A DNA stretch of 64,000 nt from Candidatus Parvarchaeota archaeon (GTDB lineage: Archaea > Nanobdellota > Nanobdellia > B33-G15), in NCBI GenBank assembly GCA_017608385.1, contig JAFCFZ010000004.1:2253-66252 (forward strand). The letters are read 5' to 3'. Of the stretch, positions 27,950 through 38,191 are shown piece after piece (positions within the stretch are counted from its first letter, which is position 1; every line of letters begins with the position of its first letter). The position numbers and the translations under genes were made by a program. A model generated the notes under the pieces. That model was not told where the DNA came from and searched no databases. It worked only from the letters and a program-made list of their open reading frames with translations.

Positions 27950-28975
27950 TTATTTCCTCGCTACAATGAGAAAATGAGGACTCATATATTTCAAAAAAAT
28001 AGATGGAACGAAATCCACCATCCTTCTCATGTATCTTTCCTTTTTCGATTTTGGCAAAAAAACCTTTTTGATGAAGTATTTTAGAGTATTTCCTGTTTTT
28101 AGATCAAAGATATAACTAGGATATCTATAACTCCTTAAAGGAGAATAAAATCTGATATGCTTAAAACCAGCCTTTTTCAGAAGTTTTTCATACCCTTTGA
28201 TAGTGTATGTGTAAGCCCTATATTTCCCCCTACCTCTCGCTTTGGAATAAGCATTTGCAAGGAATCTTGGCATTAGAGTAGTTCCAATTAAATTATTGTG
28301 GTCAGGCCAACCCATAAAATATTGAAGACCTATTCTATTCTCAATCCCTATAACCACTTCTCCACCAGGAGTTAAAATATCCCTCATTCTTTTCAGAAAC
28401 TCTAATTGGATGTCTTTTGGTTTTCCCTCATTGAATTCTGGAACCCATTCAAGAACGCCAATAATAGTTATTGCATCAAAAGAATCTTTTTTGAAAGGTA
28501 ACTCCATAGCATTAGCTCTTAATGGATAGATATTCTCTGTTTTTAGTTTTTTAGTGAGTTCATTGATTAAGAATAATTTGTCAATCGTTATATCTAAGGA
28601 ATATACTTGTTTGAAAATTCTTGCCAGTTCAAAAGAAACCTTTCCATAACCACAACCTAAATCCAAAACCTTATCATATTTTTTTGGAGAAAGAACATAA
28701 GCTACATTTCCTCTAGTATTATCAGTCATGTATTCAAACCACTTCTTATTCGTTTTTTCAAGATATTTTAGAAAATCATCCATGCTATTCTTTTTCAAAT
28801 TTCTTAAAATTTCATTGAGTTGTTTCTCTTCCATTTCGGCCAAATATGCTTCTTTTTCATAAAAGAAAGGAACACCATCTTTAATTTTATATTTCTTTTT
28901 ACAAAGCATACAGGAGAAGAAATTTTTCTTTTTTTCCACTTCTCCATTACATTCTGGACACGCAAAAACTTCCAT
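27950..28975 (-). CDS. Class I SAM-dependent methyltransferase with an N-terminal Trm112-like zinc ribbon
   Basis: CPECNGE...CMLCKK ribbon followed by VLDLGCGYGKVSFELA (motif I). Confidence 0.7.
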   Translation of the reverse strand: MEVFACPECNGEVEKKKNFFSCMLCKKKYKIKDGVPFFYEKEAYLAEMEEKQLNEILRNLKKNSMDDFLKYLEKTNKKWFEYMTDNTRGNVAYVLSPKKYDKVLDLGCGYGKVSFELARIFKQVYSLDITIDKLFLINELTKKLKTENIYPLRANAMELPFKKDSFDAITIIGVLEWVPEFNEGKPKDIQLEFLKRMRDILTPGGEVVIGIENRIGLQYFMGWPDHNNLIGTTLMPRFLANAYSKARGRGKYRAYTYTIKGYEKLLKKAGFKHIRFYSPLRSYRYPSYIFDLKTGNTLKYFIKKVFLPKSKKERYMRRMVDFVPSIFLKYMSPHFLIVARK

Positions 28976-29013
28976 GTATTTTCATTATTCATTGTTGTTT
29001 TATAATTTTCTCT

Positions 29014-29982
29014 ATGTTTAATCGAAATTTAATTAATAACACGTTTTTTTGGAAAACTATGAGAGTTCTGGTTACATGGGAGATTCATCAAGAATCTTTA
29101 GATATTTTGAAAAAAAGGTTTAAAGTAGATTACAAACCAGGGATTTCAAAAAAAGAATTAGTTAGTATTGTGAAGAGTTATGATGTTTTAGTTATAAGAA
29201 CATATACACCAGTAGATAAGATTGTTTTAGACGCAGGAAAAAGGCTCAAGTACATTGTTAGTTGTAGTGTTGGACTGGATAATATTGATATAGATGAGTG
29301 TGATAAGAAGGGAATATCTGTGATAAATGCACCAGGATCTAATGCTAATGCTGTTGCAGAACACACGGTTTTGTTGATGCTATCTTCTCTTAGAAATATT
29401 AGTTTGGCAACAAAGAAGATAAATAAGGGAGATTGGAACAAAAAAGAATTGATTGGTAAAGAAATTCAAAAGAAAATAATAGGTCTTTTTGGATTTGGAA
29501 AAATAGGGAGACTTGTTGCAGAGAAATTATCTGGTTTTGGAGTAAAACTTATTGCTTATGATCCCTACCCTCCTCAAATAGATGTTTTTAAAGGTTTGAA
29601 TGTGGAAAAAGTTGATAAAGAAGGAATAATCTCAAAATCAGACATTATTTCTGTTCATGTCCCCTTAACTAAGGAAACAAGATATATGTTCAATTCTGAG
29701 ATGTTTTCAAAGATGAAAAAAGGAGTTATTATAATCAATACATCTAGAGGAGGAGTTATCAATGAAAAAGATCTTGAGAAATCTCTTGTTTCTGGGAAAA
29801 TTTATTCTATAGGTCTTGATGTTTTTGAAAATGAACCCCTTCAGAAAGAAAGTTTTCTTTTGAAAAACAAAAAATCGAATATAACTCCTCACATAGCTGC
29901 TTTGACCCAAGAATCATTTAGAAATATGTGTGTTATGTCCGTAAACAATTTTTTAGAAAGAGTAGATATCAAACTTTCTTGA
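29014..29982 (+). CDS. D-isomer-specific 2-hydroxyacid dehydrogenase (PGDH-like)
   Basis: GLFGFGKIGRLVAEKL NAD-binding motif, and a TSRGGVINEKDL catalytic region. Confidence 0.8.
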   Translation: MFNRNLINNTFFWKTMRVLVTWEIHQESLDILKKRFKVDYKPGISKKELVSIVKSYDVLVIRTYTPVDKIVLDAGKRLKYIVSCSVGLDNIDIDECDKKGISVINAPGSNANAVAEHTVLLMLSSLRNISLATKKINKGDWNKKELIGKEIQKKIIGLFGFGKIGRLVAEKLSGFGVKLIAYDPYPPQIDVFKGLNVEKVDKEGIISKSDIISVHVPLTKETRYMFNSEMFSKMKKGVIIINTSRGGVINEKDLEKSLVSGKIYSIGLDVFENEPLQKESFLLKNKKSNITPHIAALTQESFRNMCVMSVNNFLERVDIKLS

Positions 29983-30850
29983 ATCTTGCAAAAAAATCAT
30001 TCATTTCCTTTCTAATTTCAACTCCTTCCTTGTTTTTTACAACAACATTATTGTTTTTGAAATCAAAAATAGAAATTTTGGATTTTTTCATAAAACCTTT
30101 CTCAATTCTATTTAAAACAAGAATCACTTTTATTCCCGCGTCAATCATTCTTTCATAATCCTTTTTTGAAAGATTATTTACAAGAGCATATTCTTTTTTT
30201 CCAATAAAAAAATCCTTGACTAATTTTTCTTTGTCTATTTTCTTTTTGTATTTTGAAACATTACTTATTTTTTTGGCAGGAGAACCAAAATAGAGGGAAT
30301 TCTTGTCAACTTTCTTTGTTACAATAGAACCAGCCCCAATTATTGAGTTCTCAAGAATATCAACTCCTGGTAAAATTATAGAACCAGCCCCAATATACAC
30401 ATTTTTTTTGATATTTACCCTTCTTATTTTATTTAAAGTGAATCCTTGTATCTCTTCTGGCCAGGTAGAATGTGTCCATATCTGAGTATAATATCCTCCA
30501 AGAGCGACATTATCACTTATTTTTACTGGTGCTCTAGCATTAATAATTGAGTTAATCCCAATAAAACAATTATCACCAATTTCAACATTTGAATCTCCTT
30601 CTATTGAAACTTTTCTAGATATTGTTGTGAATTCACCAATTTTTACTTTTTTTAGACCAATTATTAGAACATCTTCACCAATTTCAGAGTGATCTTGTAT
30701 TGAAAAATTTTCAGCAGAAATTCTTGCAGTTCTATGAATTTTGACACCCTTTCCAATTTTATATCCACATCTTTTGTAAAATCCCCTTTTTATGGAAGAA
30801 GGGATGCCTAGATTTCCTATCCTTCTGAAAATTTTTTTTGTGGTTTTCAT
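29969..30850 (-). CDS. Hexapeptide-repeat (LbH) sugar acyl/acetyltransferase with an extra C-terminal domain
   Basis: Repeated [LIV]G..x..[LIV] hexapeptide units across residues about 20-180. Confidence 0.7.
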   Translation of the reverse strand: MKTTKKIFRRIGNLGIPSSIKRGFYKRCGYKIGKGVKIHRTARISAENFSIQDHSEIGEDVLIIGLKKVKIGEFTTISRKVSIEGDSNVEIGDNCFIGINSIINARAPVKISDNVALGGYYTQIWTHSTWPEEIQGFTLNKIRRVNIKKNVYIGAGSIILPGVDILENSIIGAGSIVTKKVDKNSLYFGSPAKKISNVSKYKKKIDKEKLVKDFFIGKKEYALVNNLSKKDYERMIDAGIKVILVLNRIEKGFMKKSKISIFDFKNNNVVVKNKEGVEIRKEMNDFFARFKKV

Positions 30851-32043
30851 TTTCTAAAACGATTAACTATCTTTTTTACAGCCAATATGACTTTTTCAGC
30901 TTCTTTTTCTGTCATTCCATTAAACATAGGTAATGATATTTCTTCCTGATAATTTTTCCATGCAATTGGAAAATCTTCTGGTTTGAATTTATATTTGTTT
31001 TTGTAATAACTAAAAGTATGAACTGGAATAAAATGAACACTAGTTCCTATATTTTCACTAACTAGGGCATCTATGAATTTTTTCCTATCAATACTCAATT
31101 TTTCAGAATCTATCCTTATTGGGTATAAATGATAAACACAGTGATTTCCTTCCTTAACTTTTAAAGTTTTTATCTCGGGTATTTTTAAAAACACTTCATC
31201 ATAAATCTTAGCTAATTTTATTCTATTTTCATTAAAAGAGTCTAAATTATTCAATTGACCTAAACCAATTGCGGATTGAACATCTGTTAAATTACATTTT
31301 TGTCCTGCAGTTTTAACATCATAGTACCACTTTCCTCCTTTGTCATATCTTTTCCAAGCGTCTTTATCCATTCCATGGAGTCTTAGTGATCTTATTTTGC
31401 TAGCCATTTCTTTATTATTTACTGATACACAACCTCCTTCTCCTGTTGCTAGGTTTTTAGTGGCATAAAATGAAAAGCTAGCTGTATCTCCAATAGTCCC
31501 AATCATTTTTTCGTTGTATTTAGCACCGATAGCATGGGCAGCGTCTTCAAAGACATATAAATTATATTTTTTGGCCATTTCCATTATTTCATTCATATCA
31601 CATGATTGACCAGCATAGTGAACAGGAATTATTGCCTTAGTTTTTTTAGTAATGGCATCTTCTATTTTTGAAACATCTATATTGAAAGTATCCTCTTCAA
31701 CATCAACAAAAATAGGTTTAGCACCAACCCACTCAATAACATTAACTGTAGAACAAAAAGTGTAAGGACTAGTAATTACTTCATCACCAGGACCTATGTT
31801 ATTCGCAACTAATGAAAGATGTAATGCTGCAGTACAAGAATTAAGTGTGATTACTTCCTTTGCTCCTAAATATTCCTTTAAATTTTCTTCAAATTTTCTT
31901 GTTTTTGGTCCAGTTGTTAACCAACCGGATTTTAAAGTATCAACAACAGAATCAATTTCTTCTTGGGAAATGAGTGGTTTTGCAAGAGGAATATACTTTT
32001 CACTTGCTGGTTTTCCTCCTTCTATTGCAAGTTTTTCATACAT
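30847..32043 (-). CDS. DegT/DnrJ/EryC1/StrS-family PLP-dependent sugar aminotransferase
   Basis: N-terminus IPLAKPLISQEEIDSVVDTLKSGWLTTGPKTRKFE, and Lys-containing region SFSFYATKNLATGEGG. Confidence 0.85.
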   Translation of the reverse strand: MYEKLAIEGGKPASEKYIPLAKPLISQEEIDSVVDTLKSGWLTTGPKTRKFEENLKEYLGAKEVITLNSCTAALHLSLVANNIGPGDEVITSPYTFCSTVNVIEWVGAKPIFVDVEEDTFNIDVSKIEDAITKKTKAIIPVHYAGQSCDMNEIMEMAKKYNLYVFEDAAHAIGAKYNEKMIGTIGDTASFSFYATKNLATGEGGCVSVNNKEMASKIRSLRLHGMDKDAWKRYDKGGKWYYDVKTAGQKCNLTDVQSAIGLGQLNNLDSFNENRIKLAKIYDEVFLKIPEIKTLKVKEGNHCVYHLYPIRIDSEKLSIDRKKFIDALVSENIGTSVHFIPVHTFSYYKNKYKFKPEDFPIAWKNYQEEISLPMFNGMTEKEAEKVILAVKKIVNRFRK

Positions 32044-32822
32044 AGATCTATTCCCTCCATTAAGTTTATTTTAGGAAACCAATTCAGTAATTCCTTTGCT
32101 TTTTTTGCTTCAACAATAGGTACTTTCGGGACAATTTCATTTGAAGGGTTATGAGTTATTCTTGTTTTTGGAAACTTTTCTTTTATTATCTCAGCAATGT
32201 CATTTATTGAATGATTTTTTCCAAAAGCAATATTGAAAACTTCGTTTTTTGTATTGAGTGCCTTTTTGTAGGAATCAATAACATCATCAATATACACAAA
32301 ATCTTTTTTTTGTTCACCACTTCCATAAATTGCAAGGTCTTGGTTGTTTTTTGCTCTGTTTATATTTATTCCGTAAGTTTTTCCATAGTTTTTTATCAAA
32401 TTTTCAGCAGCCAATTTAGTGGCCCCATATGGTGTTGAAGGATTTGTTGGAGAACTTTCATCTATTCTTTTGAGTCCATCTTCATAAACCATCATTGTTG
32501 AGGCAAAAACAAGGTTTTTTATGTTATTTAATCTACAAGCTTCCAAAATATTGAATGTTCCTTCGGTATTGACCTTAAAATATTTTGATGGTATCTCAAT
32601 TGATTCTTTAGGATAAATAAGAGCTGCGAGATGAATTACAGTATCAAAATCCTTTAAAGAAGATTTTAAACTTTCTAAGTTAGTAATGTCTGCTATGGAA
32701 CAATTAACTCCTTCTATTGATGATTCAAAAATATCCATAGAAGTTATTTGATTATCTTTAGAAAGCGATTTACAAAGAAGCTTTCCTACAAAACCAGACC
32801 CCCCAGTTATGGCGATTTTCAT
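32022..32822 (-). CDS. NAD-dependent epimerase/dehydratase (short form, 266 aa)
   Basis: MKIAITGGSGFVGK Rossmann motif and YGATK (YxxxK). The region after the catalytic Tyr is shorter than in canonical family members. Confidence 0.65.
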   Translation of the reverse strand: MKIAITGGSGFVGKLLCKSLSKDNQITSMDIFESSIEGVNCSIADITNLESLKSSLKDFDTVIHLAALIYPKESIEIPSKYFKVNTEGTFNILEACRLNNIKNLVFASTMMVYEDGLKRIDESSPTNPSTPYGATKLAAENLIKNYGKTYGININRAKNNQDLAIYGSGEQKKDFVYIDDVIDSYKKALNTKNEVFNIAFGKNHSINDIAEIIKEKFPKTRITHNPSNEIVPKVPIVEAKKAKELLNWFPKINLMEGIDLCMKNLQ

Positions 32823-32889
32823 GAGAAAACCTTCTATTTACTGTTTTTTAAGTTTTGAGGATGATGAATGTATAATAAATTAGTTAAAT

Positions 32890-34074
32890 ATGAGTTTGAT
32901 ATTGATTTTTATGAAAGTTTTGTTTGTTTGTAGACATTTTCCTCCAGAAGTTAGTGGAATGGCTACTCAGATGTATGAGATATCTAGACATTTAAGAGAT
33001 AAAGTGGATATTTTTACAGTAAGAGCAAGATACATGGGTTTGGGCGTTAGTGAAGCAGGAGATAGAAAAGCAAATCAAGAGATAAATTTTCCAATATCAA
33101 CAAAGGATGCTCTATTATTCTCAAGAAAATTCAAAAGAATAATATCTGAAACTGCAAAAAAGATCAATGCAAATATAATTCAAACAGATTCTACTTGGCC
33201 TGTTGGCTATGCTTTAGTATTTCCAAGAAAGATTAAGTCAAAATTAATTTCTAATGTAGGTGGTCACGTGTTTTTTGAAATAAAGAAAAACACATTTGAA
33301 TCAAAAAAACCATTCAAAACACCAATTCATTGGCTTATTCATTATTTGAGATATCGTTTCATGAGATATATTGGAAAAAAAGTTCTTTCTAATAGTGATA
33401 TTATTGTTGTTGATGGACATGATATCAAAATAGGACTCATCCAAAATGGAATAGATGGCAATAAAATAGAAGTTATTACAAATGGGATTGATGTAGAATT
33501 ATTTAAGAAATTTAAAATAAGTAAGAAAAAGTTAAAATTACCCTCTAAAAAAATAGTTCTTTTTGTAGGAAGATTAAGTGAAGAAAATGGACCTCATATT
33601 TTTGTTGATATTGTTAAGGATATGAATTGTGTTGGTGTTTTAATAGGAGAAGGAACAATGAGAGCGGATTTGGAGAAGAAAATTAAGGAAGAAAAAATAA
33701 AGAATATAATACTTCTTGGAGCTAAACCTCATACAGATCTCCCTAAATACATCAATGCTTCCGATATCTGTTTCTATCCTTTACAAAAAATAGGTGGGGT
33801 TTCTCAGGTTGTTCCAGAATCTATGGCATGTGAAAAACCAGTTATTACTACAAAAACAGGAGACTTACATTATGTGGTAGATCATGGAAAGGAGGGTTAC
33901 CTAATTGACCCTCAAAATTTTGGAGTCATGAGAGACACATTGAATAAACTTCTAAAGAGCAGCACTTTACAAAAGAAGATTGGTAAGAATGCAAGAAAAA
34001 AAATAGAAACACAATGGTCTTGGGATATTATTATAGAGAAATATGTAGCTCTTTACAATTCTTTAACTAATTAA
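32890..34074 (+). CDS. Glycosyltransferase family 4 (GT-B)
   Basis: GT4-like C-terminal domain (FVGRLSEENG...E..MAC.KPVI). Confidence 0.75.
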   Translation: MSLILIFMKVLFVCRHFPPEVSGMATQMYEISRHLRDKVDIFTVRARYMGLGVSEAGDRKANQEINFPISTKDALLFSRKFKRIISETAKKINANIIQTDSTWPVGYALVFPRKIKSKLISNVGGHVFFEIKKNTFESKKPFKTPIHWLIHYLRYRFMRYIGKKVLSNSDIIVVDGHDIKIGLIQNGIDGNKIEVITNGIDVELFKKFKISKKKLKLPSKKIVLFVGRLSEENGPHIFVDIVKDMNCVGVLIGEGTMRADLEKKIKEEKIKNIILLGAKPHTDLPKYINASDICFYPLQKIGGVSQVVPESMACEKPVITTKTGDLHYVVDHGKEGYLIDPQNFGVMRDTLNKLLKSSTLQKKIGKNARKKIETQWSWDIIIEKYVALYNSLTN

Positions 34075-35193
34075 TTTTTCAATGGTTTTTGCTAGAAATT
34101 CAATATTGTATTCTTTTTCACAAGATTCCCTTGCATTTTTAGACATTTTTGATAGATCTTTCTTCAATAGATTATTAATTGATTTTTTTAGATTCGAATG
34201 ATTATTTTGTTTGAATATTAATCCATTTTTTTTATTAATTATTTCATTTCTTCCTATCACATTGCTAGATATAACTGGAAGACCACTTGCAAGAGCTTCA
34301 TAGATAGCATTAGGAGTTGGATCATATCCAATGGAAGGCATGACAAATACATCTCCTTTTTTGAGAAATTTGTCTTTTTGAGTTTCAGGAAAATCTGTTA
34401 TTATTTCAACTCTTTTGGACAATCCTAAATTATCAATCATTTTTTTGATTTGTTTAAAGTATCCTTTTTTATCAACACATCCAGCAATGATTAACTTTGG
34501 GACATCTGTTTCTGAAAAAGATCTGATTAAAAGATGAATTCCTTTTTCAGGAGAAATTCTCCCCATAAAGATCAAAGAATCTAACTTTTTTCTTTTTTTG
34601 AACATTATATCTGAAAAATTAGCTCCAGAGTTTTGTTGGATTATTTTTTTATTTGGAATTTTATAAGCTCCATATTCTTTTATCATGTACTTGTTAATTG
34701 CAATTACACTATCACAATAATTCCATGTTCTTCTCTCAAGTCTTTGTGAAACCAATTTATCTAAAAACTTTCTTATTCTTGCTTTAACTCCCTTTCCAAG
34801 ATTTTTAGGATTGAACCCTATAGTTCCTCCATGACTGATTCCTATTTTCTTAGCCTTGATTTTTTTCATGAAAAAAGGACTCATTGCATTAATAATTATA
34901 ACATCAAAATCTTGTTTTTTGATGGATTTGTAAGCTTTATACTCATTCCATAAAATCCTGAAAGGACCCAAAGGAAGTCTGAGTTTGTTGTATTTTTTGA
35001 CGGTCATTCCTTTGAATGAATAACTAAAGTCCTTTCTACATGGAGAAACAACAGTGACTTTATTTCCTCTTTTTACAAGAGTTCTTGATAAATGAAAGGG
35101 AATGTAAATTTCGCCACAACAAATACTTTCTTTTTCAGATCCTGGAAATTCTCTGTTTTCCCCCATAATTATTGCTATCTTCATTTTAGACAC
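34063..35193 (-). CDS. Glycosyltransferase family 4
   Basis: FMGRISPEKG...EALASGLPVI GT4 motifs. Confidence 0.75.
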   Translation of the reverse strand: MSKMKIAIIMGENREFPGSEKESICCGEIYIPFHLSRTLVKRGNKVTVVSPCRKDFSYSFKGMTVKKYNKLRLPLGPFRILWNEYKAYKSIKKQDFDVIIINAMSPFFMKKIKAKKIGISHGGTIGFNPKNLGKGVKARIRKFLDKLVSQRLERRTWNYCDSVIAINKYMIKEYGAYKIPNKKIIQQNSGANFSDIMFKKRKKLDSLIFMGRISPEKGIHLLIRSFSETDVPKLIIAGCVDKKGYFKQIKKMIDNLGLSKRVEIITDFPETQKDKFLKKGDVFVMPSIGYDPTPNAIYEALASGLPVISSNVIGRNEIINKKNGLIFKQNNHSNLKKSINNLLKKDLSKMSKNARESCEKEYNIEFLAKTIEKLIS

Positions 35194-36281
35194 TCTTTGT
35201 AAATTCTTAAATATTCATCAGTAATTTTTTTCCAGTCAAGATTTTTTTCAACATATTTCCTTGAATTTCCTTCAATAGAATCTCTAAATTTTTTATTAGA
35301 TATTATTTTGTTTATGCCGTTGGATATTTGACTTTCGTTTCGAGGTTCAACTAAAATTCCTGTTTTTGAATCCATTATTTCTGAAATTCCACCTACATTT
35401 GTGGTGATTATTGCTTTTCCAAAAGACATTGCTTCCAAAAGAGTTAAGGGTAAACCTTCATTAAGACTTGGAAGAACAAAGATATCACAAAGAGCTAATA
35501 ATTCTCTTATCTCTCTATTAGTGACTTTTCCAAGAAAGTAGGTTTTACTTCCTGTTTCTTTATCAATTTCTTTAGCTATTTTTTTTAGATATTTTGTTCT
35601 TGGGCCTTCACTTGGAATGACTAAATTGACTTTTTCATTCAAATGTTTTAAAGATTTAATTAAATATTCTGTTCCTTTTTGTTTTACATGTTTTCCAATT
35701 GTGAGTATTGTTGTTCTGTCTTCAAAACCAAATTTTTTTCTGTAGAATTTTTTACTTTTGAATTTTTTTTGATTGAATTCAGAAGAATCTACACCATTTC
35801 TGACTATTCTAAATTTTCTCATTGTTTTGAAATATCTCATATGATAACTTGTTATCGAAGTCAAAAAGTTAGGAATATTTATTGAAAATTGTTCAATAAA
35901 CCACATGGGAATAACTTTATGCCATTTTTTTAGATCTGAAAAAACCTGAGTACTAGTTCCATGCAAAGTCAATACTTTTTTTATTTTTGAGAAGGACAAA
36001 GGAATAATTGTGGACCAATTGTGAAAATGGAATATATCAATATCTTTCATTTCTAAAAATTGTTTTCTTGAATTAAGTAAATAATCTTTGAAAGAACAGG
36101 ATTTTTTTAGAATTATTACATCATCAAAGAATCTTCCAAATATTTTTGTATTTTGAGGTCTTTGTCTTGTAATCAAAATAACCTTGTGGCCCTTTTCCTT
36201 AAGCCTTTTAGAAACATCTCTAACAACATTTTCAACACCACCTATTTCCATAAATTGTGTTGTAACCATTCCTATTTTCAT
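35181..36281 (-). CDS. Glycosyltransferase family 4
   Basis: MKIGMVTTQF..GGVE N-terminus, and C-terminal IGKHVKQKG...EAMSFGKAII. Confidence 0.75.
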   Translation of the reverse strand: MKIGMVTTQFMEIGGVENVVRDVSKRLKEKGHKVILITRQRPQNTKIFGRFFDDVIILKKSCSFKDYLLNSRKQFLEMKDIDIFHFHNWSTIIPLSFSKIKKVLTLHGTSTQVFSDLKKWHKVIPMWFIEQFSINIPNFLTSITSYHMRYFKTMRKFRIVRNGVDSSEFNQKKFKSKKFYRKKFGFEDRTTILTIGKHVKQKGTEYLIKSLKHLNEKVNLVIPSEGPRTKYLKKIAKEIDKETGSKTYFLGKVTNREIRELLALCDIFVLPSLNEGLPLTLLEAMSFGKAIITTNVGGISEIMDSKTGILVEPRNESQISNGINKIISNKKFRDSIEGNSRKYVEKNLDWKKITDEYLRIYKECLK

Positions 36282-37246
36282 TTTTTAATCCACCTTACGG
36301 TGTCACGTATGGCCTGTTCAATAGTTTTAGAAGGAGTCCATCCTAAACTTTTCAGTTTTTCAATTTCCAATTGGAATATAGGAACATCTCCTTTCCATCC
36401 ACCTCTCCCTCCTGTAAAATTATATTTCACATTTGAGAGACTCATTTCTTCACAAATTATATTTGCAATATCTATAACAGAAATAATTCCTTCTGATCCT
36501 ATATTGAAAATATCATATGGTTTTTTCCCTTTTCCTTCACATAAAACGCTCGATTCCACACAATCTTTTATATGAAGATATGATTTCTTTTGTTTTCCAT
36601 CACCCAATATTTCCAACTTATTAGGATTCTTTTTTAACTTGTTGTAAAAATCATAAATAACTCCATGCGTTAGTTTTGGACCTATAATGTTAGCATATCT
36701 GAATATTGTTCCCTTGATTCCATATAAATGAGAGTAACTCATAATGTGGTTTTCTGATGCAGCTTTTGAAGCAGCGTAATTGCTAATTGGATTTATTGGT
36801 TCACTTTCAGGAGTAGGAATGTTTTGAGTGTCTCCATAAACAGTTGAAGATGATGTGAATGCAAAAGATTTTACATCATTTAGTCTACAAGCTTCCAAAA
36901 CATTGAAAGTTCCTACAACATTAGTTTCAAAATCTTGTTTTGGCTTTGAAAAACTTGCTTTTACATCTGGATTTGCTGCTAAATGATAAACAGTATCGAT
37001 TTCTTCTAATGAGGATTTTACTTTTTCAAAGTCTAAAATACTCCCTTTTATTATTTTAGCATCACTGTTTTTTAGAAATTCTTCATTACCTGAAGAAAAA
37101 TTATCATAAATAATCACTTCATTATCTTTACTAAGAAAATCTACAAAGTTGGAGCCTATAAATCCTGCACCACCAGTAACCATTATCTTTTTCATATCAA
37201 GTCCATAAATGGTAATATTAAAAAACTTATCCAAAAGTTGCACCAA
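36278..37246 (-). CDS. NAD-dependent epimerase/dehydratase (UDP-sugar 4-epimerase-like)
   Basis: IMVTGGAGFIGS and YAASK motifs, 322 aa. A paralog of the 32022..32822 gene. Confidence 0.8.
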   Translation of the reverse strand: MVQLLDKFFNITIYGLDMKKIMVTGGAGFIGSNFVDFLSKDNEVIIYDNFSSGNEEFLKNSDAKIIKGSILDFEKVKSSLEEIDTVYHLAANPDVKASFSKPKQDFETNVVGTFNVLEACRLNDVKSFAFTSSSTVYGDTQNIPTPESEPINPISNYAASKAASENHIMSYSHLYGIKGTIFRYANIIGPKLTHGVIYDFYNKLKKNPNKLEILGDGKQKKSYLHIKDCVESSVLCEGKGKKPYDIFNIGSEGIISVIDIANIICEEMSLSNVKYNFTGGRGGWKGDVPIFQLEIEKLKSLGWTPSKTIEQAIRDTVRWIKK

Positions 37247-38150
37247 AAATATATCCTATCCTTTTTATCATAAGTGCAAAAGCCCCATGAAAGAACATTT
37301 TTAGTCTTTTTGTTTTAGAAAACACCTTCAACCCGCCATATGTGAAGTAAAGGGGAAGTATTGAAAAGATTAATAGACTTTGTAGAGGATTATACAAAAG
37401 AGAGATTCCAGACCCAATAAGTATCCCCCAAAAACCAACAACCATCCCTAAGTTTAATAAACCATTTAACCTAAAATTAATCAAATTCTTTGCTTCTTTG
37501 TCCCCTTTTCCATAAAGATAGAATTGTTTCCAGAATTTTTTGTAGTTTTCTCTCATTTTCCAATAAACCATTGCTTTTTTTTGAATAAAGAATTTACAAT
37601 CCGCTTCTTTTAGATCTAAAACAAAGAGAGTGTCTTCTCCAGTGTATAGATTTTCCCTATAACCTTTGATTTTTTTCCAACATGATTTTTTGAATGCGAT
37701 ATTTCTTGATGAAGGGATAAAACGTTTTTCATCGAAACTAGTGTTTAAATTTAGGTTTAAAACTCTGGCCATTGCTTCTTGCCTGTCACTATGATGGGTT
37801 GCGCTCCAATTTCCACTTACAATATCATATCCTTTTTTGAATGGTTCAACCATATGTTTGAAATTATTTTTGTCCATTTTACAACCAGCATCAACAGCAA
37901 TAATAACCTCGTTTTTTGCTTTTTTTATTGCAATATTCCTTCCTTCTGAAATATTACACCCTTTTTTAGAAAATCCTTTTATCCATTTGTGTTTTTTTGC
38001 AAAATCTCTTATGATGTTTATTGTTTTATCTAATCCGCCATCAACTATTACAAACTCATCTGGCAATAAGGTTTGTTTTGTTATAGATTCAAGGAAAGCT
38101 CTAATATTGTTTTCTTCATTATAAGTAGTACATATTGCTGAAAATTTCAT
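37227..38150 (-). CDS. Glycosyltransferase family 2 with a C-terminal membrane region
   Basis: FSAICTTYNEE...VIVDGGLDKT...VDAGC GT-A motifs. Confidence 0.75.
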   Translation of the reverse strand: MKFSAICTTYNEENNIRAFLESITKQTLLPDEFVIVDGGLDKTINIIRDFAKKHKWIKGFSKKGCNISEGRNIAIKKAKNEVIIAVDAGCKMDKNNFKHMVEPFKKGYDIVSGNWSATHHSDRQEAMARVLNLNLNTSFDEKRFIPSSRNIAFKKSCWKKIKGYRENLYTGEDTLFVLDLKEADCKFFIQKKAMVYWKMRENYKKFWKQFYLYGKGDKEAKNLINFRLNGLLNLGMVVGFWGILIGSGISLLYNPLQSLLIFSILPLYFTYGGLKVFSKTKRLKMFFHGAFALMIKRIGYIFGATFG

Positions 38151-38191
38151 AGAATAAAAGAAATAAAAACGAAATAAAAAACTTTCTAGTT

